A DNA stretch of 45,369 nt. It comes from Octopus bimaculoides (taxonomy: Eukaryota). The translations under genes were made by a program, and so were the position numbers. Below, piece by piece: positions 11,819-23,710 of the stretch. Within the stretch, counting starts at the first letter, position 1. Every line of letters begins with the position of its first letter. Below the pieces are notes generated by a model, which made no database searches, had not been told where the DNA came from, and worked only from the letters and a program-made list of their open reading frames with translations. The stretch lies in assembly GCF_001194135.2 (NCBI RefSeq), contig NC_068986.1, positions 106,278,388 through 106,323,756 on the forward strand. Reading direction: 5' to 3'.

Positions 11819-12224
11819 CATATAAATATGTATATGTATGTGTGTATAGGTGTGTCGTTGTGTCTGTGTTTGTCCTCCGCTACCGCTTAGCAACCGATGT
11901 TGTGTTTTGCTCTCGTAAATTGGTGCTTCAGCAAAGGAGACTGATAAGCTTAAAAATATAAGTACTGGGATTGATCGATTCGACTATAATAGAAATTCTT
12001 CAAGGCAGTGCCCCAGCATGGCCGCCGTCTAATGGTTTGAAACATTTTTAGGAGATGTCCTAGGTTATTGTAACTTTAGTTTATCATTTGTATACATCCA
12101 ATAAGCTGACCTGCTAATTTTTTTATTCAAGACTTAAGGAGACAACTTTAACAGCACTTTGAACACTCACCACTAAACACTGCTTGTCACGGCCTACTAA
12201 ACGTTGTTTGTCTCAATTTCATCT

Positions 12225-12530
12225 TGGTAACTAACAACTTGACGGAAATGGGTATCAAAATTGTCTCTCGTCCCCCCTACAGTCAAGACCTTGCTCTCCG
12301 AGATTTTCGGTTGTTTCCCAAGCTGAAGGAGAACCACAGAGGACAGTCGTTTGGAAGAGGATGAGATTATGGAGGTCTATGAAAATGTTTACTATCGAAG
12401 AGTTCCATGAGGCCTTTCCAGAAATGCCTGGGGCGCTGCAACAATGAAATGAAATCAAGAGATCCTACGTTAAAGAAGATTACAGTTTTATACTTTGATA
12501 TTAAAAAGTATCTTTTCTGAAAATGGTATT
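12225..12530 (+). pseudogene. Mariner (DD34D-type) transposase C-terminal remnant
   Basis: MGIKIVSRPPYSQDLALRDFRLFPKLKENHRGQSF from 12248 matches the HPPYSPDLAP.DF.LFP.LK motif; frameshifted and stopped afterwards. Confidence 0.85.
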
Positions 12531-12562
12531 TTGGGCCTACATGGAATTTTGGGCCTACTGAT

Positions 12563-12714
12563 CAAGGCCTGCCATTCCGCAGGAAGTGGGTAAGTCGATT
12601 ACAGTGACCACAGCGATCAACTGGTACTTATTTTATTGATCCCAAAGGGCTGAAAGGCAATGTCGGCCTCGGCGGGGTTTGAACTTCAGAATATAACGAC
12701 GGACGAGAATGCCA
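12563..12714 (-). mobile_element. SINE family B, degenerate and partial
   Basis: gtaagtcgattacagtgacc...caactggtacttattttattgatccc...gaaaggcaatgtcggcctcggcgg. Confidence 0.75.
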
Positions 12715-13363
12715 AAATTTGAAGTCAAATGATGGATTAGTAAGCCGAAACTTCGAAGTCACTGTCAATTCTATTCTCGTTAACAAATACTGAATTTCTA
12801 CTCCACAAAGCGTATTGAGTAATCCTTCAGTTTAACGGAAAATTGTTTTCCTTATAACTTAACATAAAAACAAACATTATTGTGTGTATATATATGTATA
12901 TATATGCGTGTGTGTATGTGTGTGTGTATGTGTGTATGTATGTGTGTATGTATGTATATATGCATGTATGTATATGCATTGAGATTTTCTTTTCCCTCGT
13001 TTTCTACAATATGGTGAATGAAATACTGTACATAATCATATAATCCTTATCTCCATGTAATGCATCATATCTATAATTGCAGATAATACCCCTTGTCATG
13101 CTATCTCCTCCGGCATACCCTATTAACATTCCGTGAGCTCCCCAAATACCGCCTGTCCCTACCACAACCGCTACCATCGTCACCACTGATGTTCCTATTT
13201 GTCGATGAACATCAGCGAACAAACTCATGATAGCAAACAAAATCGATTAGCTAGCTCCACAGATAAATGTTCCATTATTATTATTATCATTATTGTTGTT
13301 GTTGTTATTATTATTATTGTAGTTGTTGTTGTTGTTGATATTGTTGATGTTATTATTAATAAT

Positions 13364-13580
13364 AAGGCGGCGTGCTGGTAGAATCGTTAGAACGCCGGGT
13401 GAAATGCTCGGCAGAATTTCATCTGTCACTACGTTCTGAGTTCAAATTCCACCGAGATAGACTTTGCCTTTCGTCCTTTAGGACTCGATAAAATAAATAC
13501 CAGTTACACACTGGGGTCGAGGTAATCGACTTAATCCCTTCCCCCAAATTTGAGTCCTTATGCTTCCATTATAAAGGATT
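13364..13580 (+). mobile_element. SINE family B monomer inserted in a (TAT/TGT)n tract
   Basis: aaggcggcgtgctggtagaatcgttag...gagttcaaattcc...aaaggattattatt. Confidence 0.88.
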
Positions 13581-13627
13581 ATTATTATTGCTGTAGTTGT
13601 TAATATTGTTGAAGTTATTATTAATGT

Positions 13628-14038
13628 GGGGGCGCAATGGCCCAGTGGTTAGGGCAGCGGACTCGCGGTCATAGGATCGGGGTTTCGATTCCCAGACCAG
13701 GCGTTGAAATTAACGTGCAAGTGGCTGAACACTCAACAGACACGTGCACCCTTAACGTAGTTCTCGGGGATATTCAGCGTGACACAGTATGACAAGGCTG
13801 ACTCTTTGAATTACAGGCACAACAGAAACAGGAACTAAGAGTGAGAGAAAGTTGTGGTGAAAGAGTACAGCAGGGTTCGCCACCATCCCCTGCCGGAGCC
13901 TCGTGGAGCTTTAGGTGTTTTCGCTCAATAAACACTCACAACACCCGGTCTGGGAATTGAAACCGCAATCCTATGACCGCAAGTCCGCTGCCCTAACCAC
14001 TGGAACACTCGACGTCGTAAGCGACGGAGTGCCAACAA

Positions 14039-14040
<2 letters not shown>
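13628..14040 (+). mobile_element. SINE family C (tRNA-Arg-like head) with an internal inversion that duplicates the head
   Basis: Head ggggcgcaatggcccagtggttagggcagcggactcgcggtcatagg...tttcgattccc; inverted copy at 13939-14003; direct-orientation tail tggaacactcgacgtcgtaagcgacggagtgccaacaac. Confidence 0.85.
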
Positions 14041-14069
<29 letters not shown>

Positions 14070-14130
14070 GTTGTTGTTGTTGTTGTTGTTGTTGTTTTGT
14101 TATTGTTGTTATTGTTGCTGTTGTTGCTCT
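14041..14130. repeat. (TTA)n(TTG)n compound microsatellite
   Basis: Direct reading. Confidence 0.9.
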
Positions 14131-14137
14131 TCATAAT

Positions 14138-14302
14138 AAGGCGGTGTGTTGGTAGACTTCGTTAGCACCTCGAGGTCGACTCTATCTTTTATTCTTTAGG
14201 AATCGATAAAATAAGCACCAATTAGTTGGTCACTAGGTCTGATGCAGTCCAGCAGCCTTTTTCGCCAACAACTTCAGGCGTTGTGTCTATAATAGAAAAG
14301 AT
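14138..14302 (+). mobile_element. SINE family B, internally deleted and degenerate
   Basis: aaggcggtgtgttggtagacttcgttagcac...gaggtcgactc...tcgataaaataag...tagaaaagat. Confidence 0.7.
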
Positions 14303-14329
14303 GTTTCATTCTCTTTCTATTTTCCTTTC

Positions 14330-14625
14330 TTCTCTTTAGTTATCAGTTAGCATCTTTCCTCATATCGTTTTGATCTTAACACTATTCTCTTTGATCTTTT
14401 GTCTCGAACTCACCCGATGTACCTAGAATGCCCTTATCCACCAAGGGATTTGCCTTATTCCTGCAGTTCTGTTTACTTTAATTAAGACTTATATTTCCTC
14501 TCCATATTTCCTGGATCTTACTGAAACCCTTCCGCTTTCTTTTGTTCTTTTCCAGAATGGTTCATTGTTTCTCTGGTCTTTCGTTTCTCTAAACATTCTC
14601 ATCTCTGTGATGACAGATAAAGTGA
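14330..14625 (-). mobile_element. Probable R4/Dong ORF remnant (pre-RT region)
   Basis: With one frameshift reads QKIKENSVKIK-RYEERC, like the Q...AK..KIKRYE.R motif of this clade; otherwise decayed. Confidence 0.35.
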
Positions 14626-15604
14626 TAATAATAATAATAATAATAATAATAATANNNNNNNNNNNNNNNNNNNNNNNNNNNNNNNNNNNNNNNNNNNNNN
14701 NNNNNNNNNNNNNNNNNNNNNNNNNNNNNNNNNNNNNNNNNNNNNNNNNNNNNNNNNNNNNNNNNNNNNNNNNNNNNNNNNNNNNNNNNNNNNNNNNNNN
14801 NNNNNNNNNNNNNNNNNNNNNNNNNNNNNNNNNNNNNNNNNNNNNNNNNNNNNNNNNNNNNNNNNNNNNNNNNNNNNNNNNNNNNNNNNNNNNNNNNNNN
14901 NNNNNNNNNNNNNNNNNNNNNNNNNNNNNNNNNNNNNNNNNNNNNNNNNNNNNNNNNNNNNNNNNNNNNNNNNNNNNNNNNNNNNNNNNNNNNNNNNNNN
15001 NNNNNNNNNNNNNNNNNNNNNNNNNNNNNNNNNNNNNNNNNNNNNNNNNNNNNNNNNNNNNNNNNNNNNNNNNNNNNNNNNNNNNNNNNNNNNNNNNNNN
15101 NNNNNNNNNNNNNNNNNNNNNNNNNNNNNNNNNNNNNNNNNNNNNNNNNNNNNNNNNNNNNNNNNNNNNNNNNNNNNNNNNNNNNNNNNNNNNNNNNNNN
15201 NNNNNNNNNNNNNNNNNNNNNNNNNNNNNNNNNNNNNNNNNNNNNNNNNNNNNNNNNNNNNNNNNNNNNNNNNNNNNNNNNNNNNNNNNNNNNNNNNNNN
15301 NNNNNNNNNNNNNNNNNNNNNNNNNNNNNNNNNNNNNNNNNNNNNNNNNNNNNNNNNNNNNNNNNNNNNNNNNNNNNNNNNNNNNNNNNNNNNNNNNNNN
15401 NNNNNNNNNNNNNNNNNNNNNNNNNNNNNNNNNNNNNNNNNNNNNNNNNNNNNNNNNNNNNNNNNNNNNNNNNNNNNNNNNNNNNNNNNNNNNNNNNNNN
15501 NNNNNNNNNNNNNNNNNNNNNNNNNNNNNNNNNNNNNNNNNNNNNNNNNNNNNNNNNNNNNNNNNNNNNNNNNNNNNNNNNNNNNNNNNNNNNNNNNNNN
15601 NNNN

Positions 15605-15710
15605 ATCTCTATTTCCAGGTCTTTGTATTTTGAAAGTTTTTCCATTTCTTTTAGAGAAACGTTGTTATCTGCTGGTATTGATACATCAATTAGAAAGCAT
15701 TTTTTTTCTT
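15605..15710 (-). mobile_element. R4/Dong RLE fragment running into the gap
   Basis: KKCFLIDVSIPADNNVSLKEMEKLSKYKDLEIE, uninterrupted. Confidence 0.85.
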
Positions 15711-15750
15711 CATTCTTCTTCTTCTTCTCCTTCTTCTTCTTCTTCTTCTT

Positions 15751-15812
<62 letters not shown>
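15711..15812. repeat. (TTC)n(TTA)n compound microsatellite
   Basis: Direct reading. Confidence 0.95.
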
Positions 15813-15813
<1 letters not shown>

Positions 15814-15972
15814 TCGTCCGTCTGAACGTTCTGCGTTCAAATGCCATCGGAGTCGACTTCGCCTCTCATCCGTTTGAGTCGATAAAATAAATGCCAGTTG
15901 AACACCGGGATTAAAGCAAACGACTTCACCCTGTCTCAAAATTGCTGGCCTTGTGCCAAAATTTGAAATCAT
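15813..15972 (+). mobile_element. SINE family B, headless and degenerate (tail 3, ...aatttgaaatca)
   Basis: cgttctgcgttcaaatgcc..ggagtcgacttcgcc...gtcgataaaataa...ggccttgtgccaaaatttgaaatc. Confidence 0.75.
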
Positions 15973-15979
15973 CAACATC

Positions 15980-16017
<38 letters not shown>

Positions 16018-16183
16018 TCTTTCGTAACGCAGTGTAGGTAAAAATGCAACGGAGTCTTTAGTCATCTGTCAAGTGACAAGAAGGATCTCACACAGATAAT
16101 ACTTTCCTTAAGATATGCGCTGCGCCCAATAAGGTTGCTTTTTGCAAGACATCAATCTTGCATCGGATTTCCAGTTGCCTTAA

Positions 16184-16291
16184 GAAGTAGCCATACCAAA
16201 TAACATGAATGTTGTGAGTAAAGAGGGTGAAAAAATCACCAAGTACTCCGAATTGAAAGTGGAAATAGCAAGACTGTATGGAATGCGAGAG
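16184..16291 (+). mobile_element. R4/Dong RLE fragment (a different, older lineage)
   Basis: EVAIPNNMNVVSKEGEKITKYSELKVEIARLYGMRE. Confidence 0.7.
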
Positions 16292-16318
16292 GATAATTAT
16301 TATTATTATTATTATTAT

Positions 16319-16690
16319 TGAGTGAAAGAGCAGTACATACTATCAAAATGACACTGGGGTAAAATATACGAAGCCCAGTATACTCATCGTGACTACCCAT
16401 CTGATAAGAGTACACCAGGCACATGCATCACAACCATATGTGCGTGACATGGTGATCTCATATCAGGATTAACATCGCATGAACTTACAGGTGAGACCGA
16501 CTTAGAATTTTCTTCAGGTTGAGTATCTAATCCCACTCAAAAGGTCCCTGATTAAGGGTTCTTTAAGGATGTTGAACGAAACATCCATGTTTCCAAAGGT
16601 AAATTATCTAAACTCCAAAGAATTCCTCTCAGCATAAGACTATAGTGCCCCCTCCTACCACCACCGCTACTTCTGCTCGTATCGTCAGCT
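16319..16690 (-). mobile_element. Interspersed repeat family D, ending in (TAA)n
   Basis: 16319-16573 is the reverse complement of 24208-24461; both abut TAA repeats at the same end. Confidence 0.8.
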
Positions 16691-17020
16691 ACTAGGGGAC
16701 ATAGCAGGTTAAAGTCGAACCAGTGAAAGGCAAATCTGTGGTATTGAGCAGAATATTTGCTGTAGCCAAACTTTTATACACCTCCTCTTCCTCCTCCTCA
16801 ATTTACAAATTTTAAACTCGAAAAATAAAAAAATTCGGAGATTTTAAATTGAAAATTAGCCCCCAAAACGGAACAAAAAACCCCCACGTAATTGCTCAGC
16901 ACAGCAAGAGCCCAGTCGGCGTGGTCTCAGAAATGTTACAATATTATCTGTAAAAATTGCACAAAAACTTACAGCTCAGGAACACAAGTTCTCCTCTTTG
17001 AGATCCACGAGCAGAGTTCT

Positions 17021-17049
17021 CAATAATAATGATAATAATAATAATAATG

Positions 17050-17106
<57 letters not shown>
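17021..17106. repeat. (AAT)n microsatellite, 5' flank of the Dong insertion; resumes at 17409-17461
   Basis: Direct reading. Confidence 0.95.
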
Positions 17107-17398
17107 GAGGAAATAGAGGTAACTCGAATGTGGAATCTAAAAACAGAAACAGTTCCTATCATAGTAGGTGCCTTAGGTATAATAAAAAAATATTCAGACA
17201 AATACATAACAAAAACACCAGGACTTACAAATATATATAACATACAGAAAATTGCACTACTGGGCACAGCACACATCCTACGCAAAACACTTTCAATACA
17301 GTAACCATAAGAGCATCACAGCAAACCACAGCACATACCCAAGGCGCACAGAGCTGCGCTCGGTAGTGAAGTGAAAGCATGTTATAAAAATAAAACTA
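17107..17398 (+). mobile_element. 5'-truncated R4/Dong-clade element (ORF end plus 3' UTR) inserted in (TAA)n
   Basis: EIEVTRMWNLKTETVPIIVGALGIIKKYSDKYITKTPGLTNIYNIQKIALLGTAHILRKTLSIQ*, uninterrupted, then about 90 nt of UTR; TAA repeats on both sides. Confidence 0.88.
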
Positions 17399-17408
17399 NN
17401 NNNNNNNN

Positions 17409-17453
<45 letters not shown>

Positions 17454-17564
17454 TATTATTATCAATTATTGTTAATCATACCTTTCTTTGAAACATTTCT
17501 CTTAATTAAATGCAGATTATAAAACATAAAGGTTACCTGAGTTATTCTATAAGATTTTTCCTTT

Positions 17565-17601
17565 TAGTTCCTTTCTTTCTTTTTCTCCTTCTTTCTTTTT
17601 C

Positions 17602-17645
<44 letters not shown>

Positions 17646-17700
17646 TCCTTCTTTCTTTCTTTCTTCCTTTCTTTCTTTCTTCGTTTCTTTCTTTCCTTTT
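17565..17700. repeat. (TTTC)n / pyrimidine-rich low-complexity tract
   Basis: Direct reading. Confidence 0.85.
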
Positions 17701-19706
17701 CCGTTTTAGATCCTCTCATCGAGTGTCATTATTTTGTTCATATATATCTTTTTGTGCCTGAGTGGAAAACGTATGCGCGTGCGCAGAATGCGTTCATATC
17801 AGCATGTGTGATTTTCAGACGTTGTTAAATTTCTTCCAACCACTTCAAGTTTATTTTCAAATTTTCATCAGAATATATTTTAAAGTTACGTCATTTTAAA
17901 CAATCAAAGAGGTCTATTGCTAAAAAGTCGTCGGCCAGAACTGTCTCTTGTCATGGAAAACCAGCAATGACACCGAAGGTAACTATACGTAGTATCTTGA
18001 CCAGCTAGATACGGCAGTCAAATCTTCCTTAGACTACGTCATAAAACAGAGGGCGACACATTATATAATGCAATAGGAGGTTTTGGTTTTTCATTCAAAA
18101 ATTAGAGTATCAATGCACCGTATGTATTAATAACAATCAAGTGCATAGAGTTTGTTTGTAATTTATATTTATGGTTACATATTTAGCGTGAATTTAGAAC
18201 GTATTACAACGCAATGGCGCACTAATTGTGAATTTAAAAACCAATACTATCATATAATGTGTAGTCCTTTCTGTTTTTAGTCATGGAGTAATTTAAGGAA
18301 GATTCAGTCGCTATTACTAGCAGGTCGATTGACTGCGTAAATGTTTCGTCTTCGTTTCCCATGCTGATTTCCATGACAACTGAGAGTACCAATCAACAAT
18401 GTGTTGGCATTGGATTGCTTCGACTGGTTAAAATTACATAATCATAAATGCTTGTAACTTCTTTAATCTTAATTTCTAGAAAGAACAGAACCCCACCCCT
18501 AACAAAAAAAAAACCCCAAAAAAGAATGAATACAGTTTTCGTATTCAGCACGGGAAACTATATTAGAACGGCATATTTTGAAAATATTCTGGTGAAAATT
18601 TGAAAAACGCCAAGTAGCTGAAAGAAATTTAACAAGATCAGATGTTTTATATATGTCTGTGTGTGTGTGTCTGTGTTTGTGAACATACCTACCTCTCTAA
18701 ACGTGTCTGTACTTTCACATATGGATGTGAGCATGTGTACGTGTGCATCTGAGTACCTGTGTACACACGTGCGTGTGTATTCCATTCCTCTGTTCAACCA
18801 TTTTATACGTTTTCGTTTTGTTTGTGTTAGATGTGTGAGTAAATGTATGTTTATGCGCGTGTACAAACTATGAGTGTGTGTGTGTGTGTGTGTGTGTACA
18901 TAGGAAAACTGTAAGTGTGCAGGTGTGAGAGAGTATGTGTACGTAGGTGTTAATGAAGCTAAGCGATTGAATGAAAATTGTGATTATGGGCGTGTTTGTA
19001 AGACTGGAGTGTGAGCTCATGTAGAGACTGAGAGAAGTCGGAGCGTGCGCGTGCATGAGTGTGTACATGGTCGAACGTGAGTGTATGCATGGGTGTGTCT
19101 GGGTGTACGTGATTGAGCATGTGTGTGCGGTCGGGCGTGCGTATGTGTGTGTATGTGTGTGTAAGAATATCATATTTGCGAGCGAATAAGAAACACATTC
19201 GCATTAGATGCACTCCTATGTTAGATGCACCCGATTCCGTGAGTATATATTGTGGAAAAAAAACCAAATATAGTATGTTTCAATATTCACTTATTGAAAG
19301 ATATTTTAAAGTGGTTTTCTATGGAAAATGTAAAATGTATGATTCTGTACATGTAATCATAATGCTGTGAGAGTGTATTCATTGTTTTGAAGCCAAAATG
19401 TTAAAGATAAATGAATAAATACAATAAAAACACTCATACAATCATTTCACTAAATACACTAGTGACTGCCCAATCCTGCTTGCAACAAATGACTTCCATT
19501 CCAATCAGTCTTCTTCTCCTTCTTCTTGGAGAGCGAACGAGAAAGAAAGAGAGGGCGGAGAGAAAGAGAGTGAGGGAGGCAGAGACAAAGAAAGGTTGAG
19601 AGAATGAAAGAAAAGACACAACGACAGACAAAATTTTAAGTGAGCAGCGCTGGACGACGTTATTTTCGACTGTGAACCAGCAATTTCTGAAACACACGGA
19701 CACACA

Positions 19707-19762
<56 letters not shown>

Positions 19763-20083
19763 NNNNNNNNNNNNNNNNNNNNNNNNNNNNNNNNNNNNNN
19801 NNNNNNNNNNNNNNNNNNNNNNNNNNNNNNNNNNNNNNNNNNNNNNNNNNNNNNNNNNNNNNNNNNNNNNNNNNNNNNNNNNNNNNNNNNNNNNNNNNNN
19901 NNNNNNNNNNNNNNNNNNNNNNNNNNNNNNNNNNNNNNNNNNNNNNNNNNNNNNNNNNNNNNNNNNNNTATATATATAGGGAAGTCTGAGTTTCTTACCA
20001 ACGGAGTTTCGTTTCATGGTTTCATGGTTTCGAATGTGACATCAAAATCACGCGTAAACGGCACCTTACCTCAAAAAAGAAAT

Positions 20084-20187
20084 ATTTGGTTGCTATTTCT
20101 TGCACGCCCTGCTACCACGTATTTCGGGACTTTTATCCCAAATACATGTAACGTGGTGTCAGGGCGTGCTAGAAATAGCAGCCAAAT
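20084..20187. mobile_element. Short palindromic MITE-like hairpin
   Basis: atttggttgctatttcttgcacgccctgctaccacgt versus the reverse complement atttggctgctatttctagcacgccctgacaccacgt; inner tatttcggga/tcccaaata also pairs. Confidence 0.75.
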
Positions 20188-21591
20188 CTTTGGAGATGAG
20201 ATGCGTTGAATGCACTCGAAAGACTCCTTCGAGCGGATCTTTTACGAAATATTTGCGGTATTTTTAAAGTAATTTTGACTTTAAAATATGTTGCCCATCA
20301 TATTGCATATAATGGAAAGGTTAAAGCTTCTTCGCTTTCAGGATTGGAATATTTCCGGAGATTTTTCCCCATTATGCACCATTGTTTGTTATTTATACCC
20401 CCACAAAACCCCGCATGTCTCAATAACTACTGGTTGATATATTGCGTTCTTATTCGCAAGGGCCACTTCACTTTCAAAGTATTTTCTCCATTATGCGTCA
20501 GTTTGGCTGTGTAACATTGCAAGCAAGCAAGATTGAACTTTCGTTTTAATGTATTTTTGATATATATATATATAAATTGTGTATTAGAGTCCATGAATAT
20601 TCTTCATCGATATGAGCCTACATCATTAAATAAGTTCTCGGATGGTATATTTTCCTGTAACCATAGATACCGTTTAACATTTAAATATTTCGGTAAACCT
20701 AGATAAATTAACCATTTAATGTTTAATTATCTATATTTCGATTAAACTCTATACTCATGCCATCCTGTAACCTCATATTGACCAATTATTACCTGCTTAA
20801 CATTTATAACATTCTCTAAATCTTATTTCCCATAATTCTTTGTTATAACATTTCCTGTACCTGTTAATTACTGCGCCTCTCTATATAACTAAATCACATT
20901 TACCCAGTACAAAGTCGCACGAAATGTGAATCCTGAATAACATACACTCTGATGAAGGAGGCAGTATCCAATTTTGGGAGTGAAAATACCCTTAAAATCT
21001 ATGGATTACGGTACCCGTAAGAGGATTACCATCAATAGTTTACCTATACATGATTACTTATTCTCTCGGATTATTTACATATGTTTTTATCCAATATTCC
21101 AATCTCAATGCTACGATGTTTTTTTTTTCGTTCTTCAGATGACTTTAGTTTATTTACCTTTTTCTAATGATTCTTAATAACTTTTACAACGCCGTTCTAA
21201 TCTAATTTCATTAATCTATTTATCTACGTATATTACATTTTTATATATTTCTGTATTCATGAATTTTTAATATGTTTTAATATTTTAACGACTAATAAAT
21301 TGGCATATTCTAAAGACTGATATATGATCTATGACAGAATAAATGTATAATCAGGTTGAACCTATCTGAAATTCTCCTCAGCATTTTTCAATAACTTCGC
21401 GTCTCGGGTGTTTTATCTGATCACTTTTGACAACTGCCTGTACAATAAACAAAGAAACTTGACTATATATATATATAGTCCGGGAACTTTTGGTACCACT
21501 TTGTATATTGATATATATATATATGTTTGTATGTATATATATATGCATATATATATACATGCAAACATACGTATATACATACACACACACA

Positions 21592-21647
<56 letters not shown>

Positions 21648-23094
21648 NNNNNNNNNNNNNNNNNNNNNNNNNNNNNNNNNNNNNNNNNNNNNNNNNNNNN
21701 NNNNNNNNNNNNNNNNNNNNNNNNNNNNNNNNNNNNNNNNNNNNNNNNNNNNNNNNNNNNNNNNNNNNNNNNNNNNNNNNNNNNNNNNNNNNNNNNNNNN
21801 NNNNNNNNNNNNNNNNNNNNNNNNNNNNNNNNNNNNNNNNNNNNNNNNNNNNNNNNNNNNNNNNNNNNNNNNNNNNNNNNNNNNNNNNNNNNNNNNNNNN
21901 NNNNNNNNNNNNNNNNNNNNNNNNNNNNNNNNNNNNNNNNNNNNNNNNNNNNNNNNNNNNNNNNNNNNNNNNNNNNNNNNNNNNNNNNNNNNNNNNNNNN
22001 NNNNNNNNNNNNNNNNNNNNNNNNNNNNNNNNNNNNNNNNNNNNNNNNNNNNNNNNNNNNNNNNNNNNNNNNNNNNNNNNNNNNNNNNNNNNNNNNNNNN
22101 NNNNNNNNNNNNNNNNNNNNNNNNNNNNNNNNNNNNNNNNNNNNNNNNNNNNNNNNNNNNNNNNNNNNNNNNNNNNNNNNNNNNNNNNNNNNNNNNNNNN
22201 NNNNNNNNNNNNNNNNNNNNNNNNNNNNNNNNNNNNNNNNNNNNNNNNNNNNNNNNNNNNNNNNNNNNNNNNNNNNNNNNNNNNNNNNNNNNNNNNNNNN
22301 NNNNNNNNNNNNNNNNNNNNNNNNNNNNNNNNNNNNNNNNNNNNNNNNNNNNNNNNNNNNNNNNNNNNNNNNNNNNNNNNNNNNNNNNNNNNNNNNNNNN
22401 NNNNNNNNNNNNNNNNNNNNNNNNNNNNNNNNNNNNNNNNNNNNNNNNNNNNNNNNNNNNNNNNNNNNNNNNNNNNNNNNNNNNNNNNNNNNNNNNNNNN
22501 NNNNNNNNNNNNNNNNNNNNNNNNNNNNNNNNNNNNNNNNNNNNNNNNNNNNNNNTATATATATATATATATATATGTATATGATGATCAATTTCAGATT
22601 ATAATCTATCGTAAAATCTATAGATATACCAAGATTTCATTTTGCTTCGAAAAAAAACTAAATATGAAAGATTCAGTACAAGCTTTATACGAGTGTTTCT
22701 CCTTCTTCCAAACTACTTTTCTTTTTCCGTAATCTACATCTGGTTCAACTGCGTCGCATTAAAATTTTAGTAAAGTAATTTACCGACCAATCTTAGCCTT
22801 TACAACTAAGTCATGTTCAATTCCGCCAGAAATTTCACGTGAGGCTGATTTAATATTTGATGTTATTCTTCCTCAATTATACTATAACTTTTGTCCTTTG
22901 CACTCGTTTCTTATCTTTTATTTATTTATTTATTTATTCATTTTCTTTCTGTTTACTAACATTTACAAACTCGCCACATTCTTTACTTATCTATTTATAA
23001 CCTTTATATTATTTTTAACTGACCGCAGCTGCTTTCGTCAGTTCCCTACCTCGACATCCGGTAAACATTTAACCTAACATAGCTCTCCACTTCC

Positions 23095-23114
23095 AAACCA
23101 CCACCACCACCACC

Positions 23115-23194
<80 letters not shown>

Positions 23195-23557
23195 TNNNNN
23201 NNNNNNNNNNNNNNNNNNNNNNNNNNNNNNNNNNNNNNNNNNNNNNNNNNNNNNNNNNNNNNNNNNNNNNNNNNNNNNNNNNNNNNNNNNNNNNNNNNNN
23301 NNNNNNNNNNNNNNNNNNNNNNNNNNNNNNNNNNNNNNNNNNNNNNNNNNNNNNNNNNNNNNNNNNNNNNNNNNNNNNNNNNNNNNNNNNNNNNNNNNNN
23401 NNNNNNNNNNNNNNNNNNNNNNNNNNNNNNNNNNNNNNNNNNNNNNNNNNNNNNNNNNNNNNNNNNNNNNNNNNNNNNNNNNNNNNNNNNNNNNNNNNNN
23501 NNNNNNNNNNNNAAGCAAACTTCATTTGTTTGTTTACGTTTATCGTAATTTGAATTT

Positions 23558-23588
<31 letters not shown>

Positions 23589-23626
23589 TGATAATAATAA
23601 CAATAATAATAATAATGATGATGATG

Positions 23627-23696
<70 letters not shown>

Positions 23697-23710
23697 AAGT
23701 AATGATAATC
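23095..23710. repeat. (CAC)n(TAC)n tract, gap, then (TAA/TGA)n tract
   Basis: Direct reading. Confidence 0.9.

Larger units (their letters stand above)
11097..12044 (+). mobile_element. SINE family A whose internal microsatellite hosts a fold-back element and an assembly gap
   Basis: 5' half 11097-11262 and 3' half about 11840-12044 (gcagtgccccagcatggccgccgtctaatggtttgaaaca). Confidence 0.8.

Noticed and set aside
13628-13706. tRNA-Arg-like gene
   Set aside because: A and B boxes are present but no proper acceptor stem, and it runs into a SINE body; it is a SINE head. The same applies to family A and B heads.
14330-15710. A single R4 element spanning the 950-nt gap
   Set aside because: On the minus strand the RLE piece lies upstream of the pre-RT piece, so they are not collinear; separate fragments.
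18250-18400. Minus-strand frame MEISMGNEDETF... and X-box-like ccatgacaac
   Set aside because: The middle is a repeat arm related to the 20084 hairpin; the RFX motif is a poor match.
20945-20990. ctgatgaagg...gtgaaaat hammerhead-like motif
   Set aside because: Helix II and helix III/cleavage triplet cannot be formed; at best a dead remnant.
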